Below are positions 42,395 through 51,285 of a stretch of 64,000 nt of DNA, in pieces. A program made the position numbers and the translations under genes. How positions within the stretch are numbered: the stretch's first letter is position 1; the number at the start of each line of letters is the position of its first letter. The notes beneath the pieces were generated by a model that was given only the letters and a program-made list of their open reading frames with translations, searched no databases and was not told the origin of the DNA. Source of the stretch: an uncultured Acidimicrobiaceae bacterium (GTDB taxonomy: Bacteria > Actinomycetota > Acidimicrobiia > Acidimicrobiales > UBA8190); NCBI GenBank assembly GCA_963800065.1, contig CAWCZO010000007.1:176474-240473 (forward strand), read 5' to 3'.

Positions 42395-45300
42395 ATGATG
42401 GGGGGAGCGGTGGAGTTCAAGATCCTCGGGCCGCTCGTCGTCCGCAGCGAAGCGGGCGAGGTGAAGGTGGCAGGCTTCCGGCGCCGAGCCCTTCTGGTGC
42501 GTCTGTTGACCGTCCCCAACCAGCTGGTCGCCGCCCCACGCCTGGCCGAGGACCTGTGGGAGGGCGAGCCGCCCACCAGCTGGGTGTCGACCCTTCAGAG
42601 CCACGTGTCGCTTCTGCGTCGGGTGCTTGGCCCGGGCCGGATCGAAGGCCGGGACGGTGGTTACTTGATCAACGCTGCAGATGACGAAATCGACAGCCGT
42701 CTGTTCGAGATCGAGAGCGGCCAGGGTCGCCATGCCCTCGAGGGGGGCGATCCCCGGAAAGCAGCCGGCCTCCTGCGTCAGGCACTGGATCGCTTCAACG
42801 GCCCAGCCCTGGTGGATGTGTCCGAAGCAGCCTGGGCCCTCTCCGAGGCATCCCGGCTTGAAGAGCTCCGCCTGAACACCCTCGAGCTGTGGCTCGACGC
42901 CCGTTTGGCCCTGGGCGAACACAACGAAGTGGTGGCCGCCGCCCAGGCAGCGGTGGCCGAGCATCAGCTCCGCGAGCGGTTGTGGGGTCAGCTGATCCTG
43001 GCCTTGTATCGCTCAGGCCGTCAGGCCGACGCTCTGCGCGCCTACCAGCGGCTCCGGACCACTTTGGGCGACGAACTCGGTATCGAGCCATCGGCTGAAT
43101 TGGTCGCTCTCGAACAGGCCGTGATCCTGCAACGGCCCGAAATGGACTGGAGAGAACGCACCGGTTCGTCTCCTCGCTCGCCATTCGCTGCGCAGACACC
43201 GAGTACGTTCGGCGAGGGCCCGGTGGTGCCGATGCCGGCACGGCTCTTGACGGGTCCGGAATACGGATTCGTCGGGCGAGCCGTCGGGGTGGTCGGCAGA
43301 GAGACCGAGCTTACCGAGATGACTGAGGCGACGAAACGCGTCTCAGGAGGTGGGGGACGGGAGATCCTGCTCATCTCGGGCGAGGCCGGTCTGGGTAAGA
43401 CCACCCTCCTGGCCGAGGCGGCACGAGCGGCGTTCGACAATGGAGTCTGTGTCTTGTTCGGACACTGCGAGGAGGACCTTGCCACTCCCTACCAACTCTT
43501 CGCCGAGGCCCTCGGACACTTCGTCACACATGCCACGGATGAACAATTGTCTGCCCACATAGCGGCTCACGGGTCGGAGCTGTCCCGGCTCGTTCCAGGA
43601 CTCGCCAACCGGATCCGGGACCTTCCGCCATCCAAGGCCACCGACGCCGACACCGAGCGCTACCTCCTTTTCGAGGCGATCGTCGGACTCTTCTCCATGC
43701 TCTCGGCCCAGCTGCCAGTCGTTCTCGTACTCGACGATCTGCAGTGGGCGGACAAGGGAAGCCTCCACCTTCTACGCCATCTGGTCGCGGCAGAGCAACA
43801 AACGCGAGTGCTCGTTCTCGGGGCTTACCGCGACACCGAACTATCTCGGACTCATCCCCTCCTCGAGACCCTCGGGGCGCTACGCCGACAACAAGGCGTC
43901 AGCCGGATCGAGCTGACAGGGCTGGATGACACCGGGGTGATTTCATTTATGGAGGCCGCCGCTGGTCAGACGCTTGACGCCGATGGCGTCGATCTCGCCC
44001 ATGCCGTTCACCGTGAAACCGACGGGAACCCGTTCTTCCTCAGTGAGGTGCTCCGCCATCTTGTCGAGACAGGGGCAATCTATCGGGACACAGCCGGACA
44101 GTGGGTAAGGGACGACAGCCTCGAATCACTGGGCCTACCTGCCGGCGTACGCGAAGTAATCGGTGCCAGGGTCGGGCGGCTCGGGGCGAGTTCCGAGCGG
44201 GTCTTGTCGTTTGCGGCGGTCATAGGCCGGGACTTCGACTTCGAAGTACTGGCCGAGGCCACCGAGACTCGGGAGGACGAGCTTCTCGAGGTGCTCGACG
44301 CTGCTCGATCGGCGGCCCTAGTGCGCGAAATGCGGGATGCTCCGGGGCATTACAGCTTCGCCCACGCACTGATTCAACACACGCTGTATGAGGACCTCGG
44401 TCCCACTCGCCAGGCAAGGGTGCATCGGAGGGTTGCCGAAGCGTTGGAGGATCTCAGTCAGGGACGACCTGGGCGGCGAGTCGGTGAGCTAGCGCGCCAT
44501 TGGTTCAAAGCAACTCAACCCAAGGATTTGGCCAAGGCCATCGAATATTCTCGGCAGGCGGCCGACGCCGCTCTCGCCGCGCTTGCCCCGGGCGAAGCCC
44601 TTCGCTATTACTCTCAGGCCCTCGACCTCTTCGCTGAGGCCGATGACTCCGAGCCTCTCCTGGACATCGACCTCCGCATCGGTCTCGGAACCGCCCAACG
44701 TCAGTCGGGAGACCCGGCTTACCGCGAGACCCTGCTCGAAGCGGCCGGGCGCGCCGCCCGTCTCGACGACACAGAACGGCTGATTGCCTCGGTTCTGGCC
44801 AATGACCGGGGATTCTTCAGCGCTCTCGGAGCCATCGACAGTGAAAAAGTCGCGATCTTGGAGACGACGCTCGATCGCCTCTCCGCTAGCCACCCGGCCC
44901 GGGCCCTTGTACTCGCCAACCTGAGCAAGGAGCTTGCTGTCGGGACCGCACTCGAACGTCGCCGTACTCTGGCTGAAGAGGCGGTCGCCCTCGCAGAGAT
45001 GTCGGGGAACGACGCCACGATCGTGCGGGTTCTGAACCATGTGGCCGTTCCACTCCTCGTGCCCCCTATGCTTGAGCAATCGCTGACCAGGTCGACCGAG
45101 GCCCTGGCGCGAGCAGAACGCCTGGGCGACCCAGCCCTCATGTTCTGGGCGGCAACCGTGCGTCGCATTGTTGCTGCTTGTGACCAAGACGTCGACGAAT
45201 TGGATCGATGTTTTGAGATCGCCGGGTCCCAGGCCGAACAACTGAACCAGCCGACGCTGAACTGGGTGCAAACCTTCGGGCGAGCCTCACGAGCCCTCGT

Positions 45301-46018
45301 GGCCGGGGACCCCGACGGAGCCGAACAGCTTGCAACTGAGGCCCTCCAGATCGGAACGAATGGCGGCGAGCCCGACGTCGCTACCGTATTCGGACCTCAG
45401 CTCATTGGTGTGCACTTTGAACGCGGGACCTTGGGAGACTTCATTGCCATCATCGAGCAGAACGTTGCGGAGTTCCCCGGGGTTCCCGCCTTCGTAGCAG
45501 CGCTGGCACTCGCTCACGTCGAAGCTGATGACCCCGATGCCGCTCGTCCGCTGTTGGAAGAGTTCGAATGCAAGGGATTCGAAATTCCGATTGACATCGT
45601 CTGGCTCACTGCGATGGCTCTCTATGCGGAAGCCGCCATCGAGTGCGGCGATCCGGCATTCGCTCGGCCGATGCTCGAACGCCTTGCTCCTTGGGAGGAC
45701 CGGTTGATATATGACGCCGGAACTTCCGCTGGTCCCGTGAGTCATTACCTCGGGGGCCTGGCCGCGGTCCTCGGCAGGAGCGACGAAGCAGAGAGGTTCT
45801 TCGAGCAGTCCTCCAACTTCTCCGAGAGGGTTGGCGCCAAGTGGTTCGCCGCCCGGACCGAACTCTCGTGGGGGAGGATGCTCGCCGAGCGCCGGGGTCC
45901 CGGCGACGCCGAGAATGCTCGGAACCTTCTCAACAAGGCGCACAGCGCCGCAGCCACTCACGGGTACCGCACCGTTGAGCGCCGCGCTTTGTCGACTCTT
46001 CGATCGCTGGACGCTTAA
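42395..46018 (+). CDS. AfsR/SARP-family regulator (OmpR-type wHTH, BTAD, P-loop NTPase and TPR-like repeats)
   Basis: VEFKILGPLVV..RRRALLVRLL (wHTH), BTAD segment ..LRAYQRLRTTLGDELGIEPSAEL.., Walker A GEAGLGKTT, Walker B VLVLDDLQWAD, and a long helical C-terminus. Alternative start GTG 42410. Confidence 0.85.
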   Translation: MMGGAVEFKILGPLVVRSEAGEVKVAGFRRRALLVRLLTVPNQLVAAPRLAEDLWEGEPPTSWVSTLQSHVSLLRRVLGPGRIEGRDGGYLINAADDEIDSRLFEIESGQGRHALEGGDPRKAAGLLRQALDRFNGPALVDVSEAAWALSEASRLEELRLNTLELWLDARLALGEHNEVVAAAQAAVAEHQLRERLWGQLILALYRSGRQADALRAYQRLRTTLGDELGIEPSAELVALEQAVILQRPEMDWRERTGSSPRSPFAAQTPSTFGEGPVVPMPARLLTGPEYGFVGRAVGVVGRETELTEMTEATKRVSGGGGREILLISGEAGLGKTTLLAEAARAAFDNGVCVLFGHCEEDLATPYQLFAEALGHFVTHATDEQLSAHIAAHGSELSRLVPGLANRIRDLPPSKATDADTERYLLFEAIVGLFSMLSAQLPVVLVLDDLQWADKGSLHLLRHLVAAEQQTRVLVLGAYRDTELSRTHPLLETLGALRRQQGVSRIELTGLDDTGVISFMEAAAGQTLDADGVDLAHAVHRETDGNPFFLSEVLRHLVETGAIYRDTAGQWVRDDSLESLGLPAGVREVIGARVGRLGASSERVLSFAAVIGRDFDFEVLAEATETREDELLEVLDAARSAALVREMRDAPGHYSFAHALIQHTLYEDLGPTRQARVHRRVAEALEDLSQGRPGRRVGELARHWFKATQPKDLAKAIEYSRQAADAALAALAPGEALRYYSQALDLFAEADDSEPLLDIDLRIGLGTAQRQSGDPAYRETLLEAAGRAARLDDTERLIASVLANDRGFFSALGAIDSEKVAILETTLDRLSASHPARALVLANLSKELAVGTALERRRTLAEEAVALAEMSGNDATIVRVLNHVAVPLLVPPMLEQSLTRSTEALARAERLGDPALMFWAATVRRIVAACDQDVDELDRCFEIAGSQAEQLNQPTLNWVQTFGRASRALVAGDPDGAEQLATEALQIGTNGGEPDVATVFGPQLIGVHFERGTLGDFIAIIEQNVAEFPGVPAFVAALALAHVEADDPDAARPLLEEFECKGFEIPIDIVWLTAMALYAEAAIECGDPAFARPMLERLAPWEDRLIYDAGTSAGPVSHYLGGLAAVLGRSDEAERFFEQSSNFSERVGAKWFAARTELSWGRMLAERRGPGDAENARNLLNKAHSAAATHGYRTVERRALSTLRSLDA

Positions 46019-46594
46019 CGAGCGACCCAGGTTCGCTAACCAACGATCGGAAAGCCGCACCTTCAGCGCATCACTATTCATTGGAGGCCGAAAGCGGGAT
46101 CCGGGACTCGCTCGACGTCCTTCAAGAAAACGCATAGTCAAGCGCATGAAGGCATTTGAATATGGGTCACGCTTGCCGCCGCTGCGGCGCCCATCTCAGG
46201 GCGGACCATTAGTCAGCTGGGGATCCCATCCTGGCCTGGATGTGGTCCTCCTTCTCAGGCCTACTCGATGGCACGATTCCCGCTTAGGCGCGCAGCGGGA
46301 ACGCCCCAGAAGGCGTCGACGGAAGCATTGGAGAGTGGAATGAATAGACCCGAGCACGGGGTTCGTCGCCTACGTGACGGTCAGCCAATCTCGTCGCTTC
46401 GCTTCGGTCACGCCTTCGCTTCGCAGCCAGGCTCGGTTTGGACCAAACCGGGACCCGACGTGCGGGACCCAAACCCCAGGACCTCAGATGAATGACCTGG
46501 TCGCAGACAAGAGCGTCTCGCCCTTCGCTCAAACCGGCCAACTGAAGGCGATGCGCCAGTCGGCGCACCAGAAGCTGTATCTGGCGGTACAAAC

Positions 46595-46610
46595 CTTCGG
46601 GGGTTTGAAT
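46595..46610 (+). repeat. Short repeat copy D (CTTCGGGGGTTTGAAT)
   Basis: Matches copy C and the reverse complement of the 3' part of copies A and B (GGAGGGTTTGAA). Lies 80 nt from tRNA-Ser(CGA). Confidence 0.55.
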
Positions 46611-46689
46611 AAGCATCATCCGATGGTCGACCGATCCCACACCCACATAACCCGTTGATCAGGGGTGACGACCGCTGTTTAAGCATAAG

Positions 46690-46776
46690 CGGAGGAGGTG
46701 GGATTCGAACCCACGGTGGCCTTGCGACCACAACGGTTTTCGAGACCGTCCGATTCGTCCGCTCTCGCACTCCTCC
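46690..46776 (-). tRNA. tRNA-Ser (anticodon CGA)
   Basis: Reverse complement reads GGAGGAG..ACGGT-CTCGAAA-ACCGT..long variable arm..GTGGGTTCGAATCCCAC-CTCCTCC-G. Acceptor, anticodon and T arms all pair. No encoded CCA. Confidence 0.9.
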
Positions 46777-46822
46777 AAGTGCCCGACGAGGCTAGCCTGT
46801 CCCTTCGGTGGGCCGGTCCTGC

Positions 46823-47269
46823 TCAGCGTCTGGCGGCGAAGAAGCGGGCCAGGAGGAGGCCGGTCTCGTCGGCCAGGATCCCGCCCGTCACCGGGAGCTC
46901 GTGGTTGAGCCGCGGGTCGTGACAGAGCTGGTAGAGCGATCCACAGGCGCCCGCCTTCGGATCGGAGGCCCCGAACACGAGCCGCCCGGTCCGGGCGGCG
47001 ACGAGGGCTCCGGCGCACATCGGGCACGGCTCGAGCGTCACCACCAGCGTCACGGCGGGGAGGCGCCACGTGGCGAGGGCCGCGGCCGCGTCGCGCAGGG
47101 CCAGGAGCTCGGCGTGGGCGGTCGGGTCCTGGCGCAGCTCCCGTTCGTTGTGGCGGGAGGCGATCACCCGGCCGTCGACGAGGGCCACCGCTCCCACGGG
47201 CACGTCGCCGTGGAAGAGCGCCGCCTCCGCTTCGACCAGGGCCAGTCGCATGGCGTGGGCGTCGTCCAC
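46823..47269 (-). CDS. tadA: tRNA-specific adenosine deaminase
   Basis: AHAELLAL (HAE) and TLEPCPMCAGAL (PCxxC) zinc motifs. GTG 47269 or ATG 47251 as start. Confidence 0.85.
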   Translation of the reverse strand: MDDAHAMRLALVEAEAALFHGDVPVGAVALVDGRVIASRHNERELRQDPTAHAELLALRDAAAALATWRLPAVTLVVTLEPCPMCAGALVAARTGRLVFGASDPKAGACGSLYQLCHDPRLNHELPVTGGILADETGLLLARFFAARR

Positions 47270-47332
47270 CTCGCCACGGTAGGGCAGACGGAGGGCAGGT
47301 GCGGTCCCTGACCCTCCGCCGGCCCTCGTCAG

Positions 47333-47417
47333 CGGAGGAGGTGGGATTTGAACCCACGGTGAGTTTCCCCACACACGATTTCCAATCGTGCCGATTCGGC
47401 CGCTCTCGCACTCCTCC
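47333..47417 (-). tRNA. tRNA-Ser (anticodon GGA)
   Basis: Reverse complement reads GGAGGAG..CACGA-TTGGAAA-TCGTG..variable arm..GTGGGTTCAAATCCCAC-CTCCTCC-G. Confidence 0.9.
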
Positions 47418-47470
47418 GGAGGCTGCCCGCTCGCAGCAGCAGGGAGGCTATCGTCTCGGCCGGACCGCTC

Positions 47471-47596
47471 GGTGCTCCGTGCGGCGGCCGGGTCCTGCGC
47501 AACGGGCACCCGTGAACCGAGTCAGGGCCGGAAGGCAGCAGCTCTCAGCGGCGCCGTCCGTGTGCCGTAGCAAACCTGGCCGTCGCACCGAACACC
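47471..47596 (+). ncRNA. ffs: Signal recognition particle RNA (small bacterial SRP / 4.5S-type)
   Basis: GUCAGGGCCGGAAGGCAGCAGC matches the domain IV consensus (E. coli GUCAGGUCCGGAAGGAAGCAGC) with a compensatory change. 5' GUGCGGCGGCCGGGU pairs with 3' ACCUGGCCGUCGCAC. Sits in the classic position upstream of dnaX. Ends are +/-10 nt. Confidence 0.75.
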
Positions 47597-47641
47597 GATC
47601 GGGCCCGCCTTCGGTCGATCCCCCGCCGGTAGGCTGCGGCG

Positions 47642-49618
47642 GTGGCCCCCGAAGGCGACCCTGCATCGACTCCGTACCAGTCGCTCTACCGGCGGTTCCG
47701 CCCGCAGCGGTTCGCGGAGGTGCTCGGTCAGGAACACATCAGTCTGGCCCTGCGCAACGCCGTGCGCGACGACCGGGTGGGCCACGCCTACCTCTTCAGC
47801 GGACCCCGGGGTACGGGCAAGACGTCGACGGCACGCATTCTGGCCAAGGCCCTCAACTGCGCGGCGCCCGACGGGGGTGAACCCTGTGGGATCTGCGATT
47901 CCTGCGTCGAGATCGCCCGGGGGACGTCTCTCGACGTCCACGAGTTGGACGCCGCGTCGAACAACGGCGTCGACGCCATGCGCGAACTGGTCTCCCACGC
48001 CGCTCTCGGGACGCCGGGCCGGTGGAAGGTCTACATCGTCGACGAGGTCCACATGCTCTCGACGGCCGCCTCCAACGCCCTGCTCAAGACCCTGGAGGAG
48101 CCTCCCGGTCATGTCGTCTTCGTGCTGGCGACGACCGAGGCCCAGAAGGTCCTGCCCACCATCCGCAGCCGGACACAGCACTTCGAGTTCAGGCTTCTCG
48201 GGCCCGACATCCTGGTCGATCTCCTCCGGAAGGTCCGCGACGACGCCGGGCTCGATCTGGGCGACGAATCGATCGACGCCGCCGTGCGACGGGGCCGGGG
48301 GTCGGCACGCGACGCCCTGTCCGCTCTGGATCAGGTGGCGGCCGGCGGCACCGTCGACGACGAACTGGTCATGCTGGCCGGCTCTGGCCGACGCCCTGGC
48401 CGAGCGCGACCCGGGCCGGGCCCTCGTCTGCGTGGCCCAGGCGTCCGAGGCCGGCCACGACATGGCCCAACTGGCCGGCGCCCTGGCCGACCATCTCCGC
48501 CAGGCCTTCCTGGCCTCGGTGGCCCCCGATCTGGTGGCTGTGCCGGCCACCGAGCGCCCCCAGGTGGAGGAACTGGCCCGGAAGATGGGCCTGGCCGCCG
48601 TGGTCCGGCACATGGAGGTCCTGGGCAAGGCCCAGGTCGACATGCGCGAAGCGCCCGATCCCCGCGTCCACCTCGAGGTCGTCCTGATCCGGCTCACCCA
48701 TCCCGAAGCCGACGACTCGCCCGCCGCCCTGCTCGAGCGGATCGAGACGACTCGAACGGGCCCAAGGCGACGCCGTCCCGGCGGGCCACGGCGGCGCCGC
48801 TACCGTCGACGACGCCGGCCCGGGGCGTCACGCCGACACCGGCCGGCGCCACCCGAGCAGAACCGGCGCCGAGCGGCGGCCGGCAGAGCCGGCGCCGGCC
48901 GAACCGGCCGCGGCGGACCGACCCACCGTCGCCGGCACCGACCCCACGCCGCCCGGCGACGGCGAGGTCAGCGGGCCGGAGATGGCCCGCCGGAGCCTGG
49001 GGGCGGTCAGCCGGAAGTCGCCGGACCGAAGGCCGGCCGGGCGGGCGGAGGCGTCCCCGTCCGGCTCCGCCGCCGCCGCCGCCGCACCGGCGGCGGCGCC
49101 GGCGGCCCCGACCCGACCCCGGCGCCGGCGTCGGCGAACGGTGGATCCGGCGGCGCCCACGGTCAGGTCTCGAGGGACGAGCTGGTCCAGCTGTGGGGTG
49201 ACGGACTGCTGGCGTCGCTGCCCGGCCGGGCCCGGGCCCGATTCCGCGTCGGCCGCTTCGTGGCCGTGGAGGAGCGGCACCGCCGTCTTCGCCCTCCCCA
49301 ACGAGACGCACCGGTCCTACTGCGAGGACGTCCGCGTCGACGTCGAGACGGCTCTCGGCGAAGCATTTCGGCTTTCCCGTCCCCCTGCGGTTGGTGGTCG
49401 ACGAGGAGTCCGACGGCGACGCCGACGCGCCCGGCCGGCCCGGGTCGGGCCGTCCGGCGCCGCGTCCCGGCGGCCGAGGTGGGCATCGAACGACGATGCC
49501 GAGCAACCCGACCTGCTCGACCCCGCCGTCCTGGCGGCGGAGACGGAGCTGGCCGGCGCCGGCACTGTCACCCGAGGAACGGTTGAAGCAGGCCTTCCCC
49601 GGCGCCGAGGAGGTCTGA
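47642..49618 (+). pseudogene. dnaX: DNA polymerase III subunit gamma/tau, reading frame broken many times in this sequence
   Basis: The N-terminal 245 aa are intact (GPRGTGKTS, VYIVDEVHMLS, SRTQHF). The protein then continues in shifting frames: ..LADALAERDPGRALV.. (frame of 47877), ..RLERAQGD.., ..[16 protein letters not shown].., ..[19 protein letters not shown].., ..[12 protein letters not shown].., ..[15 protein letters not shown]. Junctions lie near 48383, 48747, 49275, 49362 and 49570, with more in the Pro/Ala-rich linker. Confidence 0.85.
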
Positions 49619-49623
49619 GCGCC

Positions 49624-50225
49624 GTGTACACCGCCTCGTTGCAGTCCCTCGTCGACGAGCTCGGTCGCCTTCCCGGCATCGGGCCCAAGTCGGCCCAGCG
49701 CCTGGCCTTCCACATCCTGAAGATCGCCCCCGAGGACGCCGCCCGGTCTGGCCGAGGCCATCGTGGCCGTCAAGGAGAACACCACCTTGTGCCCGCGTTG
49801 CTTCAACGTCGCCGAGGGCGATCTCTGCACGATCTGCAACGACCCCCGTCGCGACGGCGCCGTCCTCTGCGTCGTCGAGGATCCCCGCGACATCGTGGCC
49901 GTCGAGAAGACCCAGGAGTTCCGCGGCCGCTATCACGTCCTGCACGGATCGCTCAATCCCATCGAGGGCGTCGGGCCCGACCAGCTCCGCGTCCGTGAGC
50001 TCCTGGCCCGGCTCGAACCGCGAGGGGGTGACCGAGATCATCCTCTGCACCAACCCCAATCTCGAGGGCGAGGCCACCGCCATGTACCTGGCCCGGCTCT
50101 TGAAGCCCCTGGACATGTCGGTGACCCGTATCGCCAGCGGGCTGCCCGTCGGCGGTGATCTCGAGTACGCCGACGAGCTGACCCTCGGTCGTGCCCTCGA
50201 GGGTCGCCGCCAGGTGGACGCCTGA
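49624..50225 (+). pseudogene. recR: Recombination protein RecR, two frame breaks in this sequence
   Basis: GTG 49624 after [28 protein letters not shown] (HhH), [16 protein letters not shown] (zinc finger), Toprim segment [12 protein letters not shown], and C-terminus [18 protein letters not shown]. The three frames join near 49747 (extra T) and 50024-50028 (G5 run). Confidence 0.85.
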
Positions 50226-50239
50226 CCGACCGTACCCGG

Positions 50240-51285
50240 TCAGTCCCACAGCCGAGGTTGGTCCGGCTCGGCGTCAGAGGCGAAGTATCCGGGAATCTCG
50301 TCGGTCGGGGTGTCGAGATAGATCTTCGCCTCCGGGGGCTGGGCGAAGCGGCCGTGACTCCACCGCACCTCGACGTGACCCTCCACCGTCCGTCGCCGGC
50401 CCGTGGCCCGCTCGCGGTAGAGACACCGACCAGTCCACCTGGGGCTGGCCGGCGCTGGCCGGGCCGGATGTCGAGACCGAGGAACTCGAAGGCCTGGCGC
50501 CAGTCCCAGGGGCTGGCGACCCGCAGCCGCAACGACCGCTTGGCGTCGGCGCCCAGCAGGAAGTAGGTGGCGTTGCCGATGCGCAGGAGCCTCCACGCCT
50601 GACGCTCCGGCGGCGCGTTGACGGGCCACGTTCTCCCGCCACCGCTCGGCCGAGTCACACGCTGACCCGGCGGCACAGAGGGCGCTGTACTGGCGTTGCG
50701 CCTCGACCGGATACGACCGTCCGGGCAGGGCCCGACGCAGCCGACGTCGGTCGGCCGGTCGTCAGCGCCGCGGGATCGTCGGGAAGATCGTCGAGACCGG
50801 TGGCCTCCCGGCACGCCGCGTACAGCGCCCGGTACTCGTCGGGCGCCGTCCGCAGGTACCAGTCGCGTCTGTTCCCAGTCGCCCGCCGTGGCCAGCAGGC
50901 CGTCGAAGAGCCGCGCCGGTGACGGGTTGGCGATGTTGCGGGACAGGTACTTGCAGCTGACCAGGTAGACGTGGTCGATCCGCAGGTCGACGGGGGCGAC
51001 CTCGTCACCCGGCGGACGCCGTCCTCCCGTCCACTCGACCAGCCGGGGGCGCCGTCCCCGCAGCGCGTCGGGTGCCTCCAGGAAGGCCCGACCGTTGGCG
51101 AAGGCGGTGGCGAATTCGTCGGCGCAAGGCGCCCGGCGCCGTGGAGCTCGGCGAGCCGGGACCACGTGGCGTCGGAGATGGCGAGCTCCACCGGGCGCGC
51201 CGCCAGAGCGGCGCCCGACGTCGGGGTAGGGGAACATGCCCAGGGCGGTGGCCAGTTCGGTGACCGTCGTCCGGTCATCGGGCAC
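50240..51285 (-). pseudogene. Putative type II restriction endonuclease (PD-(D/E)XK-like), multiply frame-broken
   Basis: Fragments on three reverse frames stitch to one protein: VPDDRTTVTELATALGMFPYPDV.., ..VDLRIDHVYLVSCKYL.. (D..SCK nuclease-like motif), ..WRLLRIGNATYFLLGADAKRSL.., ..VEVRWSHGRFAQPPEAKIYLD... Its GTG start abuts the end of the upstream methylase gene. Confidence 0.5.

Noticed and set aside
45287-46147. 286-aa reverse ORF overlapping the 3' end of the SARP gene and the spacer.
   Set aside because: Most of it is antisense to the well-supported regulator gene. It has no recognisable motifs and no RBS.
38398-46610. GGGTTTGAA(T/A)A core of the repeat family as a degraded tRNA T-arm (GGGTTCGAATC), meaning att-site remnants of island integration at tRNA-Ser.
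   Set aside because: Only about 9-10 nt are similar. The copies are in mixed orientations and none continues into acceptor-stem sequence. The idea is tempting but unsupported by what I can see.
38329-46689. Integrase, transposase, phage or conjugation genes that would mark the low-GC block as a mobile element.
   Set aside because: I read all six-frame ORFs of at least 60 aa in the block and found no tyrosine or serine recombinase, DDE transposase or phage-like motifs. No mobile_element feature is called.
48370-48390. Programmed ribosomal frameshift in dnaX (the gamma/tau mechanism known from E. coli).
   Set aside because: There is no slippery A AAA AAG-type heptamer or downstream hairpin at the junction. 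The break needs a +1 correction, not a -1 shift. The same kind of break recurs many times in dnaX and in eight neighbouring genes, which fits sequence error far better than recoding.
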